A stretch of DNA of 64,000 nt. Origin: Bacteroidetes bacterium GWA2_40_15. GTDB lineage: Bacteria > Bacteroidota > Bacteroidia > Bacteroidales > VadinHA17. Below the pieces are notes generated by a model. That model made no database searches. It was not told the DNA's origin and saw only the letters and a program-made list of their open reading frames with translations. The stretch covers positions 80,261 to 144,260 of the forward strand of contig MENI01000112.1 in the NCBI GenBank assembly GCA_001768195.1, in the 5' to 3' direction. Position numbers and translations under genes: made by a program. Of this stretch, positions 9,938-20,600 are shown one piece after another; within the stretch, counting starts at the first letter, position 1, and each line of letters starts with the position of its first letter.

Positions 9938-10777
9938 ATGAAATCACGTCGTCAGTTTTTCAGGTTAGCAGGAACAGGAATTCTTGCTGCAGGTGTATCT
10001 TCTGTTTATGGCTCACCATCCGCATCTTTATTAAAAGAAGAGGCAAAGGATCTTTTCACTCTCGGAATGGCAGGTTATACATTCCGGGAATTTCCAGTTG
10101 AAAAGGCAATTGAAATGATGAACAGGATTGGAATAAGCAACCTTTCTGTTAAAGATTTTCATATGCCTTACGATAGTACACAGGAACAGATAACTTCAGT
10201 AATCTCCAAATTTAAAGCAGGCGGGATTAACGTTTATGCTGTTGGTGTTGTTTACATGAAAACAGAAAAGGAAGTGGACCGGGCATTTGAATATGCAAAA
10301 ATGGCAGGGGTGAAACTTATTGTTGGAGCACCTGAGTACAGCCTGCTTCCATATGTTGAGAAGAAAATAAAAACCTATGATATAAGACTTGCTATTCATA
10401 ATCACGGGCCAGATAATCCACTTTATCCTAACTCAACAGATATATGGAATAATATCTGGGATAAAGATAAAAGACTTGGCATATGTATCGATATAGGTCA
10501 TACGACCAGGGATGGGAAAGATCCGGTTTTTGATATCCTGAGGTATGGTTCCCGTATATTTGATGTACATATCAAGGATGTGGACGGATCGACAAAAGAG
10601 GGCAAAACCCTTGAGATTGGCCGCGGCATTATTGACATACCGGGAGTAATTTCAGCTCTTCGGACAATCAGTTTTACAGGTATGTGCAGCCTTGAGTTTG
10701 AAAAAGATATGAAAGATCCGCTTCCGGGCATCTGTGAATCGATCGGATACTTCAAGGGAGCAATGAAGTGTAAATAA
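9938..10777 (+). CDS. Tat-exported sugar phosphate isomerase/epimerase (xylose-isomerase-like TIM barrel)
   Basis: 279 aa. Tat signal MKSRRQFFRLAGTGILAAG, and TIM-barrel motifs IHNHG and GHT. Confidence 0.8.
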   Translation: MKSRRQFFRLAGTGILAAGVSSVYGSPSASLLKEEAKDLFTLGMAGYTFREFPVEKAIEMMNRIGISNLSVKDFHMPYDSTQEQITSVISKFKAGGINVYAVGVVYMKTEKEVDRAFEYAKMAGVKLIVGAPEYSLLPYVEKKIKTYDIRLAIHNHGPDNPLYPNSTDIWNNIWDKDKRLGICIDIGHTTRDGKDPVFDILRYGSRIFDVHIKDVDGSTKEGKTLEIGRGIIDIPGVISALRTISFTGMCSLEFEKDMKDPLPGICESIGYFKGAMKCK

Positions 10778-10812
10778 GAAAGGCTAAAAGTGTATGGCAA
10801 AAGGCGAAAGGG
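10778..10812. repeat. purine-rich AAAGGC-type short repeat starting 1 nt after a TAA stop
   Basis: gaaaggctaaaagtgtatggcaaaaggcgaaaggg. Same unit family as the longer array at 26819-26882. Confidence 0.7.
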
Positions 10813-10859
10813 AATTAAGCCCCTTCCGCGGTGTAAGTATTATTTCGATTAAAAATAAG

Positions 10860-12125
10860 TTAATCTTCTGAACTCTGCAAGAATAACTTCATATCTGCGG
10901 TTCTGTGCTCTTTTCTCGATAACTCAGCTGCGAAAACGACAGCATGGGTCCTCAGAGCTTCAGCAGCATCCACGGTAACAGTGGTTGATGAGATAATTGA
11001 AGCAATCCATTCATTAACTATATCCTGATCTTCAGGGTGGTATGAGGTTGCTGCCGGTATACTTATGATCTCATTTCTTTCTCCTGAAAACTCCGTTATG
11101 CAAATTGTTCCATTGGCTTCATCGAACAAAAGTTCACCTTTTGTGCCCTGAATCCTCACCCTCCGGCCATTTGTGGAAGAATACCCTGTCAGAGTGCATG
11201 TGGCTGTGGCACCGCCTTCAAATTCCATCATCACAACCTGGTGATCAACAACATCATTGTCTCCTCTCCATACACAAATACCGTAGGGGCCATTTCTGAC
11301 CGCCTCCAGATGCGATTCTTTTGAGTGTATGCTGCAGATGTCTCTCGCCGGCCATTCTTCCAAAGGACCATTTACATATATTTTTAATGCAGAATAGGGA
11401 CATGTTTCAGCAATTCTGCATCCATCAGTGCATCGTTTGGTGCTTCCTTCCGGTGCATTTTCAGCAGTGAAGAATTTAAGCGAGCCGAAGGATGATACCC
11501 TTATGCATGGTTCATTGAATAGCCAGTTGATGAAGTCAATATCGTGGCTGCATTTATGCAGAAGAAGAAATGTATTGAGCTTTTCCTGCGACCACCGGCC
11601 CCTGACATAGTTATGTGTAAACCGCAGGTTGCCGATTGCTTCCATATGTTCGATGTGAATAAGTCCGCCGATTGCCCCGCTTTCGATAATCTGCTTTACC
11701 TTTTTATAGCCTTCCATGAACCTGAGGGTATGACATACTGCCACAACCTTTTTCTTTTCCTTCTGCAAATTCACTATTTTCAGACAATCCTCGAAATTAT
11801 CAGCGAGAGGCTTTTCGATAAGAATATGCCAGCTACGGTTCAGGCAGGCCAGTGCCGGGCCGGTATGCTGGTTATCGAGTGTGGTAATAACAGCAGCATC
11901 ACAATCCGGAGGATCAGCTGTCAGCGTCTCCCAGCCTGTGTAGGCACAATCATCTGAAAGGCCAAATTCTTCAGTGAATTTTCTTCTTTTATCATTATCG
12001 GGTTCAGCAACGGCAACAATCCTTGCCGGCAATCCCGATGTCTTTATTTTGCGGGCAAGGCTGGTACCTCTGACACCGGCACCTATAACAGCAATTTTCA
12101 GGGTATATGGATTCTCATTTATCAT
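10860..12125 (-). CDS. Gfo/Idh/MocA family oxidoreductase
   Basis: 421 aa. Rossmann N-terminus KIAVIGAGVRG, and the EKP motif (LIEKPLA). No signal peptide. Confidence 0.85.
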   Translation of the reverse strand: MINENPYTLKIAVIGAGVRGTSLARKIKTSGLPARIVAVAEPDNDKRRKFTEEFGLSDDCAYTGWETLTADPPDCDAAVITTLDNQHTGPALACLNRSWHILIEKPLADNFEDCLKIVNLQKEKKKVVAVCHTLRFMEGYKKVKQIIESGAIGGLIHIEHMEAIGNLRFTHNYVRGRWSQEKLNTFLLLHKCSHDIDFINWLFNEPCIRVSSFGSLKFFTAENAPEGSTKRCTDGCRIAETCPYSALKIYVNGPLEEWPARDICSIHSKESHLEAVRNGPYGICVWRGDNDVVDHQVVMMEFEGGATATCTLTGYSSTNGRRVRIQGTKGELLFDEANGTICITEFSGERNEIISIPAATSYHPEDQDIVNEWIASIISSTTVTVDAAEALRTHAVVFAAELSRKEHRTADMKLFLQSSED

Positions 12126-12126
12126 T

Positions 12127-12408
12127 TTATTCAGAGAAGATTACAAATATTCCATCATTATTCTTTGTGAAATAGGAGTATGTGCCACTGAAGCCATCAT
12201 CGTTGTTTCCTGTTGTATCCCACGAGGAGACCTGTTCGCAGATCGAATTATCAATATATTCAGGCAGTGAACTGATATTATAGATTGCATTCAGTTCTGA
12301 TGAAAGAGAATGTACCTTCATTATATCAGATTGAACAGAGGATGGGCTATTTTTACTGCAGCCGGCTGCCAGAATAAGTAAATACAGTAAATAGGCTGGT
12401 GTTTTCAT
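12127..12408 (-). CDS. hypothetical lipoprotein
   Basis: 93 aa. Lipobox LILAAGCSKN. Its stop abuts the start of the oxidoreductase gene with a 1-nt gap. Confidence 0.4.
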   Translation of the reverse strand: MKTPAYLLYLLILAAGCSKNSPSSVQSDIMKVHSLSSELNAIYNISSLPEYIDNSICEQVSSWDTTGNNDDGFSGTYSYFTKNNDGIFVIFSE

Positions 12409-12423
12409 AATTGATCTCGGGTT

Positions 12424-12924
12424 CTACATTGAGTTATTCAGGACCCTGCCGAACAGATACCGGAGTTTATTATTCAGTTCATTGCAAATCAGGTTTCGTC
12501 CTGAAAAACTCAGGCATATATTGCTTGCATTCTCTTTCTCCGAGCCACCATCTTCCATTATCATTTCAGCCTGAACACAGCTGACCGGTAGTCCTGAATC
12601 GGATTGTTTGCATACCCAGCATATTGAGTTAGGTGATTCTCTGCAAATATCCTTATTCAGAGATATATCGAGATCAGATATCTTAACTTTATATACCCAT
12701 TTAAATGGCCCGCCAAAACTCATCTCCACATAAAGTTCTTTTTCAGGAGTAATATCAATGGAGTTATAAAAATAAACGTCGTTAAATCCGTCATGGTATG
12801 GATTTGCCTTCAGGATGGCATTTATTGAATCAAGGCTTTCCTTAAAAGCGACGCTCTGTGAATTAAGGTAATTCTGCCCGGCAATCAGGAGAGTGAAAAC
12901 AATCATTATAATTGCTTTTTTCAT
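12424..12924 (-). CDS. hypothetical secreted Cys-rich protein
   Basis: 166 aa with an N-terminal signal peptide and 8 Cys in the mature part. No family recognised. Confidence 0.45.
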   Translation of the reverse strand: MKKAIIMIVFTLLIAGQNYLNSQSVAFKESLDSINAILKANPYHDGFNDVYFYNSIDITPEKELYVEMSFGGPFKWVYKVKISDLDISLNKDICRESPNSICWVCKQSDSGLPVSCVQAEMIMEDGGSEKENASNICLSFSGRNLICNELNNKLRYLFGRVLNNSM

Positions 12925-13120
12925 GGTTATCAGTTTTACAGATAATACCGTATAGGTTTTATGCCGGTATGAATATCCCCAAGATAGTGAAAGAATTCAA
13001 ATCATTGTGAAATTTTTGTTACGAGTTGCTTTTGACTCTCATTTTTAGTAATTTAGACGAGAGATTTGATGTTGATAATTCATGGGTTCGGGTTGGGTGT
13101 TGAATTAATACGGAAGCATT

Positions 13121-13318
13121 ATGGAATACTATATTGCACAAATAATTAAGGATACATGGGGGAACAAACCATGCGATCACCCTCACATCGAAAGGGAATA
13201 TTATTCCGGAGCATTCCTGACTAATTATGTTTGCGTGCTATGCGGGAAAGAGTTCACTATTGCTCAGAAACTGGAAATTGACGAAGAGCGCAAATTGTAT
13301 GTCAGAGAATTGCCTTAA
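13121..13318 (+). CDS. hypothetical small protein with possible zinc-binding C-x-H-x-H ... C-x2-C pattern
   Basis: 65 aa (KPCDHPH ... CVLCGKEF). Ends 12 nt before the next gene. Confidence 0.3.
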   Translation: MEYYIAQIIKDTWGNKPCDHPHIEREYYSGAFLTNYVCVLCGKEFTIAQKLEIDEERKLYVRELP

Positions 13319-13330
13319 GATTTCAAAAAC

Positions 13331-14503
13331 ATGAGAAAATGTATTGTTACAACCCTGGCCGGATTTATTCTGGTTTCGATGAATTCTGTGCTATCACAGG
13401 ATAAGCTGGTTATTAATGACAGGGCTCAGTTTCTTTCAGAATCTGTCGAATCGATGCTCCACGATCGACTGCTTACCGATTCGGTTGAGCTTACTTCGCT
13501 TATTGATAACAGGAAAAGGTGTGACTACTGGTTTGCAGCACTGTTGAGAACCGGCAACGATCTGCAACTTTCGGTACTTGATTGTAATGATAAGCAGGTG
13601 GGAAGCAAAAACCTGGGATCAAAGATACTCACGGCTGATGATTCAGAAAAAGCGCTTCTGCTTCATTTCGCAATTTCCGAGATAGTGAAGAATCCCTATG
13701 GCAATGTTGTTGCGATAACTCCTTCTTCAGTATCTCAGGAAGCCGTTTTGCCTGAAAGTGATCCGGGCCAGCATCGTTCGCGTTATTTATTTGCCCCTTC
13801 ATCACTTAACCTTGAGAAAGGAGAACTCTATTATAATACCCTTTATTTTTTAGTGCATGATGTACAATATGGAATTAGCGACAAGTTCTCTTTGGGAATG
13901 GGTACAACCATTATTGGCTTCCCCTTTTATTTGACTCCCAAATTAACTTTACCTGTGAATGAGAAATCTGCTTTTGCACTTGGTGATATGTTAATAATAG
14001 GTACCTGGGGCGCAAGCTTCACGGGGAATCTTATTTATGCGACATATACCAGGGGAAACACTTTCAATAACTTCACCGTAGGTGGGGGATATCTGGTTGT
14101 CGGAGGTAAGGATATAAGTGACAAAATCAACGCACCTGTATTTAATTTTTCAGCACTTGCCAAGGTATCCAGTCATATATACTTTATTACTGAGACCTAT
14201 GCTTCCTATCTTAAGGTTAATCAGACCGGTTATTACTATGACTATAATACAGGCATGTCAGATGAGCAGGACTTTGATCAGGAGAATTTTTTAATGTACA
14301 GCTTTTTCGGATTCAGGTTTATAAACAAAAACATTGATGTAAAATGCTGGCAGGTAGGTTTGTCTTTTGTTATTGCCGCATTTGGTGATATACCTTCACA
14401 ATATCAAAATTCTGACTACTATTCAACAGATGCAAATACCGTAAGCCGGGTTATTCCGATTCCCATGATAGGATACGCCAGGAAGTTCTCAACAAGGTAT
14501 TAG
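13331..14503 (+). CDS. hypothetical exported protein
   Basis: 390 aa with a signal peptide. The C-terminal half is rich in G/T/Y/F alternating segments and ends in an aromatic residue (RKFSTRY). This is compatible with a beta-barrel but unproven. Confidence 0.45.
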   Translation: MRKCIVTTLAGFILVSMNSVLSQDKLVINDRAQFLSESVESMLHDRLLTDSVELTSLIDNRKRCDYWFAALLRTGNDLQLSVLDCNDKQVGSKNLGSKILTADDSEKALLLHFAISEIVKNPYGNVVAITPSSVSQEAVLPESDPGQHRSRYLFAPSSLNLEKGELYYNTLYFLVHDVQYGISDKFSLGMGTTIIGFPFYLTPKLTLPVNEKSAFALGDMLIIGTWGASFTGNLIYATYTRGNTFNNFTVGGGYLVVGGKDISDKINAPVFNFSALAKVSSHIYFITETYASYLKVNQTGYYYDYNTGMSDEQDFDQENFLMYSFFGFRFINKNIDVKCWQVGLSFVIAAFGDIPSQYQNSDYYSTDANTVSRVIPIPMIGYARKFSTRY

Positions 14504-14518
14504 CAGGATTATTAGGAA

Positions 14519-16537
14519 TTATACTCTTATACCGATCACAAGAATGTCATCTGTCTGATCTTCATCATTGTTCTCCCTCCATTGTTCTATCTCCTGATAA
14601 AGCCTGTCGTTCTGTTCAGGCATTGAAAATTCCTGAATGCTCAGAATAAAGGATTTAAATCTGCTACGTAAATATTTTTTATGAGACAGTCCTCCGAACT
14701 GATCGGTATATCCATCTGAGCATAAGTAAATATTGTCCCCTCGCTTTAGCTGAATCTTTTCTGACAGAAACTGAAAGTCGCCATTTTCAACGCTGTTGGT
14801 TGAGTAATTTTTCGGGTAATATTCTAATACCTTACCGTCCCGTACATGATAAAATGGAATTCGTACTGATGAATAAGCAAGGATATTGGTCCTTAAATCA
14901 AAGTTGCACAGAACTATATCCATATCGTCGGACAGACCTGTTTCTTCTTCATCCCACCTGAGGAATCTGTGAACTCTCGAATAGAGATGTTGAAGGATTT
15001 CCGGAGGATTGGTAATATTCAACTCATTTACAGCCTGGTCGGTTATACCATAGCCTATTGTGCTGAGAAGAGCTCCGGGTATCCCATGACCTGTACAGTC
15101 AGCTGCCGCAAAAACAATCTGATTCCCTTTCTGACTGAAAAAATAAAAATCACCTCCTACTATATCCTTCGGTTTAAAGAGTACAAAACTATCAGGAAAA
15201 CATTCCCTTACAAAAAGATCATCGGGCAGAAATGTTTTCTGTATGTGATGTGCATAATTGTAGCTTCCCTGTACTTCACTGATCGTCTCTTCGATTTTCT
15301 TGTTTATGATCTTTATTTTTTCATCAATAGAAGGAACAGTGGATGCCATTTCTCTGATTTCATTATTTAGCTTTCGGGTTTCATTCAGAAGTTTATGGAT
15401 AGTGCTGTGTGGTTTTATAGAATAGGAGAGATTTCTGATCTGCTCAGGATTAACAGGATAGGCTTCAAATTCTATATCCTGAAGCAGGGCAGGGATTAGA
15501 CTGACGAGCTCTCTGTCCTTCTCTTTCTCTGATTCTGACAGCTCATCGTAGGGAATCAGTCCGGGGTGTATCTTCCTTCCATTGTCCTTGATATTCCCGT
15601 AAATCCAACCGTTAAGTCTTTTATCCCAGCTCCACCTTAGATGTTCAACCCTGGCCATTGTTTCAATTTCATCTGCACTCAGACGAAGTGTCAGAGCCTT
15701 AAATCCTGTCTGAACATGTCTTATCCTGTAACCAATTGATAATAGTTTGGTTGGAATATGGTATGCATTGTCTTTGTTGGAGGTTTTAATATCGTCAGGA
15801 AGGTTTTCAAAATCGGTTAAATATTGATTCCCTTCATCACCGGGATAAATGGATTCAGGAAGATCCTGTTCGTTTTCACCGGCAGGATTGTTTTTCCGGA
15901 TCTCATGCAGGTAGCGTGAATGTATCGCTCTTGCAAGTTTTCTTATTACAACCGGAGTGGTTGCTGAAACCTCTTCATGCCTTATTATCTCAAACCCGAT
16001 TTTCTTAAACTGCGGAGGAATCAGGTAGTTAAGCTCTCTGAAGTACCATTTTCCGGCAATGGGCATATCTTTTAAAGTTACCTGTTTCGGATCGATTTTT
16101 CTTCTTGTTTCGTTCTGATTTAAAAGTCCTGAACCGGTTTCTGCCGATTCCGGAAAGAATTGACCCTGGTCAATTGCTGCCAGTTTTTCAATCTCCTCAT
16201 CCGTTATTATGCATGTCCTGCAAAAGTCATCGAAGGGACGGATACAGAGGTTCAGTGATTTAAGTTTTACAGGTATCCCGGCAGTATATTCATACCACAC
16301 CTTTTGTTCATCGTGAGTTAACTGTCCGAATTTTTTATTTATAGTGAAGGGAGCTGTTATAAGAGAACTTGAGCGACGTATATCCTCATAAAGGGATTCA
16401 GCAATCGGATCAATGAAGTTTCTTCTGATTTTATCAGAGTCAGAGAACATTTCCAGAACTGTTTTACTGTCTCTGTCCTGGTGATAGATAATCTCCATCC
16501 ATAGGGCAATTTCTTTATCCTTGATTCGATTCTTCAT
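14519..16537 (-). CDS. RyR-domain-containing PP2C (SpoIIE-family) protein phosphatase, SiaA-like
   Basis: 672 aa. The central segment ARVEHLRWSWDKRLNGWIYGNIKDNGRKIHPGLIPYDELSESEKEKDRELV matches the RyR repeat consensus. The C-terminal 240 aa carry SpoIIE/PP2C motifs GGDFYFF, AADCTGHGIPGALLS, SDGYTDQFGG and DDILVIGIRV. Confidence 0.8.
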   Translation of the reverse strand: MKNRIKDKEIALWMEIIYHQDRDSKTVLEMFSDSDKIRRNFIDPIAESLYEDIRRSSSLITAPFTINKKFGQLTHDEQKVWYEYTAGIPVKLKSLNLCIRPFDDFCRTCIITDEEIEKLAAIDQGQFFPESAETGSGLLNQNETRRKIDPKQVTLKDMPIAGKWYFRELNYLIPPQFKKIGFEIIRHEEVSATTPVVIRKLARAIHSRYLHEIRKNNPAGENEQDLPESIYPGDEGNQYLTDFENLPDDIKTSNKDNAYHIPTKLLSIGYRIRHVQTGFKALTLRLSADEIETMARVEHLRWSWDKRLNGWIYGNIKDNGRKIHPGLIPYDELSESEKEKDRELVSLIPALLQDIEFEAYPVNPEQIRNLSYSIKPHSTIHKLLNETRKLNNEIREMASTVPSIDEKIKIINKKIEETISEVQGSYNYAHHIQKTFLPDDLFVRECFPDSFVLFKPKDIVGGDFYFFSQKGNQIVFAAADCTGHGIPGALLSTIGYGITDQAVNELNITNPPEILQHLYSRVHRFLRWDEEETGLSDDMDIVLCNFDLRTNILAYSSVRIPFYHVRDGKVLEYYPKNYSTNSVENGDFQFLSEKIQLKRGDNIYLCSDGYTDQFGGLSHKKYLRSRFKSFILSIQEFSMPEQNDRLYQEIEQWRENNDEDQTDDILVIGIRV

Positions 16538-16569
16538 TTGGGCAGGAATGTCAGATTTACCTCCGGGAC

Positions 16570-17481
16570 CTATTTGACATTCTTGGAGATGAACTGAAAG
16601 GGAATTTTCGACATCCTCGACATCTCCCTTCCAACCTCCAGCATATCCATGTCATCATCGTCATAATGCCATTTTATATGGATATCTTTACCCTTCGACC
16701 TTGCATCTCCGATCTGCTTGCAGAAATCGAGAATGTATTTTGCAGATGAGGAGTTAAAATACTCGAAATCGAGATTAAAAGTAACAGGTTCCCCTGTTTC
16801 CTGTGATTTACCGAGATGATGAGAATAGTCGTCCATCCAGCTGATTATCTCTTCATAGAAGGAAGCGACATCAGCAGGCCTGGATTCACCTGATATTTCA
16901 AACCTTTTCCTGTCAGGATCAAGAATTACCCTTGGTGAACTTACTGTCGGATCAATAATTAACTTTCTCATGATATACTTATTTACTTTAATCTGAATCT
17001 CAAAGAAAAGCTGTTTGCATTTTGTTCTGGTAAAGCCGTATTCAATTGGATTTCCCGACTTGAATTTCATCAGCATAAAACCCAGTCCGGCCCCGTTTCC
17101 ATTCTTTTCAGTGACCCTGTTTATCTTATCATCATACAGATGATTGAGTTCCTGGTCATCAACATTGTTTATCTGATCAAGTTTGCTACTCACAGAGATC
17201 TCCTTATCATCATTTACAGGATTTCCTGTTTTGATCACGATCTTCCCCATTGTTTTGAGAACTAAAATATAGGGAGGACAGATTTTACTTTCCGGAAGTA
17301 CTTTTTCAGAGTGCTTGAAAATATTCTCCAGACATTCCACAAGAATAGCATAAACCCTTTTAGCAGTAGTTCTGTCGAGAGAGAGGTATGCATCTGACTT
17401 CCTCAGTTTTTTCAGAAGCTTATCGATCACTTTCTGATCAACAGGTCCATTGTAATCCAATAGTTTAACTGAATCGGCCAT
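16570..17481 (-). CDS. fusion of a SiaB-like (DUF6272, GHKL-type) kinase domain and a SiaC-like (DUF1987) phospho-acceptor domain
   Basis: 303 aa. The N-terminal half (VYAILVECLENIFKHSE ... NGNGAGLGFMLMK ... IEYGF) resembles anti-sigma-kinase-like SiaB. The C-terminal half (SSPRVILDPDRKRFEISGESRPADVASFYEEIISWMDDY ... LDFEYFNSSSAKYILDF ... IKWHYDDDDMDMLEVG) is the DUF1987/SiaC pattern. Confidence 0.7.
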   Translation of the reverse strand: MADSVKLLDYNGPVDQKVIDKLLKKLRKSDAYLSLDRTTAKRVYAILVECLENIFKHSEKVLPESKICPPYILVLKTMGKIVIKTGNPVNDDKEISVSSKLDQINNVDDQELNHLYDDKINRVTEKNGNGAGLGFMLMKFKSGNPIEYGFTRTKCKQLFFEIQIKVNKYIMRKLIIDPTVSSPRVILDPDRKRFEISGESRPADVASFYEEIISWMDDYSHHLGKSQETGEPVTFNLDFEYFNSSSAKYILDFCKQIGDARSKGKDIHIKWHYDDDDMDMLEVGREMSRMSKIPFQFISKNVK

Positions 17482-17611
17482 CTGGAAAAATTTATTTTCC
17501 CGAATGCAATAATTTTACTAACTTGAATAACTTTAAACAAAGATAGGCTATAAGATATTCAAAATATGCACCGTGTATAATATTTTTTCTGAATCTTATT
17601 GCAACTAAATT

Positions 17612-20600
17612 ATGAGCGAGCCCATTCTCAGAGCTTTAATGCAACTCTTTGCATTAATAGGTGATATTCACGATGATACAATTATTACAGCAAGGGAAAA
17701 GGATATTGTCAGATTATTCCTTTCGCGGCATCTAAACAATGAACTGGTCTCAAAGTACATGAGCATGTTTGAAGAGTACCTTACTAAGTTTAATTCAGAA
17801 AGTATAATCAAGGGAAGCATTCAGGACCGTAAACGCACTTCCCTTAATGCCGTGCGAATACTGGCAATCTGTGAACAGATAAATAAGGAATTGAGGCAGA
17901 AGCAAAAGATTTATGTTCTTGTACAGCTTACCGACTTTATTTCATTAGGAGCTGAGATATCAGAAAATGAACTTGATTTTCTCTTTACTGTCGCTAAGGC
18001 CTTTAATATTCATGAGGATGAATATCTTGATATTAAAAGCTTTATAATGAATCCTCTGAATGAGTTTCATAATATCAGCAGGATTCTTATAATTGACAAC
18101 AGGAAACTGCCTGTCGATGAGGAGATAAAGCATGTATGGGATCCTAACCTTAAAGGCATGATACTCTTCCTTTTTATCAAGAGTACAAATACTTATATCA
18201 TGCGGTATTCCGGCAGTGAGGATCTATACCTGAACGGCCAGAACATAACCGCAGGTCAGACTTATATTTTCGATACCGGTTCATCCATCCGGGGTGCTGG
18301 TATCAATACTGTATACTTTACTGAAATTGCAGGAATCATATCTGAAGAATGGTACGATAGCAAGGTATTGCTTGATGCAATTAATGTAACCTATGAATTC
18401 AGGAATAGCGACAAAGGCATTCATAATCTTGATGTTCATGAAGAATCGGGTAAGCTTGTCGGAATTATTGGAGGCAGTGGTGTGGGTAAATCTACAACTC
18501 TGAGCGTTCTTAGCGGGAGTCAGAAACCTGATAAGGGAGAGGTCAGAATAAATGGCTATGATCTGTATGATGAAAATGACAAAGAGAATCTCAGTGGTGT
18601 TATAGGTTTTGTTCCACAGGATGACCTTCTGATCGAGGAACTGACTGTTTACCAGAATCTTTATTACAACGCAAGGCTTTGCCTTAACGATCTCCCTGAT
18701 GATAAGCTGAGATCTGTTGTGGATAGAAGTGCTGCAGATCTTGACCTTGAAGAGACACGTGATCTCAAAGTTGGAAATCCCCTGAATAAAGTTATCAGCG
18801 GAGGACAGAGAAAAAGGGTGAATATTGCACTCGAACTTATCAGGGAACCTACAATCCTTTTTGTAGATGAACCAACCTCCGGTCTCTCATCGGTTGATTC
18901 AGAAATTGTGATGAATCTCCTTAAGGAACTAACCTACAAGGGCAAGCTGGTAATAGTCAACATACATCAGCCGGGCTCTGATATCTATAAGATGTTTGAT
19001 ACGATAATTATAATAGATAAGGGAGGATACCAGATTTTCTGCGGTAATCCCACAGAAGCTATTATATATTTCAAGACTCTGAGTAATCATGCAAATCCTC
19101 TTGAAGATCAGTGTATTACATGTGGTAACGTAAATGCTGATCAGATACTTCAGATAGTTGAGGCTAAAATCATTGATGAACATGGCAGGCCTACTGCAAT
19201 AAGAAAAGTGACGCCTGAGGAGTGGGCTAAGAAGTACAGGAAGGGAGTCATTGGAACTGCACTGAGAATACCTGACGGAAAACAGAAGCTTCCTGCTAAC
19301 AAATACAACATTCCCGGATTACTGAACCAATCCGTTATATTCTTTATCCGCGATTTTTTATCAAAAATTGCAGACAAGCAATATATCCTTATAACCCTCA
19401 TGGGTTCACCTGTACTGGCTTTTCTTCTTGCATGGTTTACCAAATACGATGATGGACAGGAATATAAATTCAGTACAAATGCAAACATACCTGCATATAT
19501 TTTTATGTGCGTCATTACCTCATTGTTCTTCGGACTGATGGTGGCATCTGAGGAGATCGTTAAAGACAGGAAAATTCTGAAGAGGGAATCTTTCCTCAAT
19601 CTGAGCTGGTTCAGTTATCTTAACTCAAAGATCATGATGATGTTTCTGATTTCTGCAATTCAGACCATTTCCTTTATTCTTATAGGAAACTTTATTCTTG
19701 AGATCAGGGGTATGACACTGATTTACTGGCTTGTGCTCTTTACCACATCCTGTTCTGCTAATATGCTTGGACTGAATATATCTTCGGCATTTAATTCAGT
19801 GATAACGATTTACATTATTATCCCATTCATAATTATACCACAGTTACTTTTCAGCGGAGTTATGGTGAAGTTTGATCAGCTGCATAAAGGCAGATATGCC
19901 TCTCACGAGTATGTACCGGTGATCGGCGATTTTATGACTGCCAGGTGGGCGTTTGAAGCCATAGCTGTAAAACAGTTTAAAGACAATGAATTCGAGAAGC
20001 ACTTTTACAGGAGCCATGTTATTAAAAGTCAGAATATGTATAATGCCATACTTATAGATGAACTTTCAAAAGAATTATGGAGGATCAGCCATTTATTTGA
20101 CGCCACAGGCATATTGATTGATGACAAATTCAAGAAAGAGATACTTGAAGAAAAGTTACAGAAACTGAATTATCATATTGATGAATTGACGACTCGTTCA
20201 GGTATTCCTCCCGGTCCATGGTTATCGCTGATGAATGAGAAGCAATTTAATAATGAAATAAGCAGAGATGCACTTATATTTCTTGATTCACTTAAGAGGT
20301 ATTTTCTGAACCTTTGGAGCGATGGCAACTTGATTGAAAAAACCGTGACCGATTCAATACAGAGAGCAATAGGGCCTGAGGAATTCTCCCGACTCAGGGA
20401 TAAATACCAGAATGAACGTCTTGAATTTCTGGCCCTGGATCAGGATAATCTTCGGAAAACTGTTCACACAGAGAATAAAATTGTACAGAAAATGGATCCT
20501 GGCTTCATGAAAACCACATCAAGAGCAGGTCGGTCGCATTTTTATGCACCATCTAAAATAATCTTTAATAAAGAGATAGATACTTACATTTTTAACCTCT

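Noticed and set aside
18050-18400. Calling the linker of the ABC transporter a bona fide FHA domain
   Set aside because: Only the ...YLNGQ... turn resembles FHA. The GR and SxxH phosphopeptide-binding residues are not evident. I kept it as a hypothesis in the findings, not as an annotation.
19150-19599. 149-aa antisense ORF inside the ABC transporter gene. Similar antisense ORFs are at 11544-11957, 24454-24942, 28425-28823, 32959-33453 and 39250-39645.
   Set aside because: Each is fully embedded opposite a gene with clear family motifs. They have low-complexity or odd composition and no recognisable domain.
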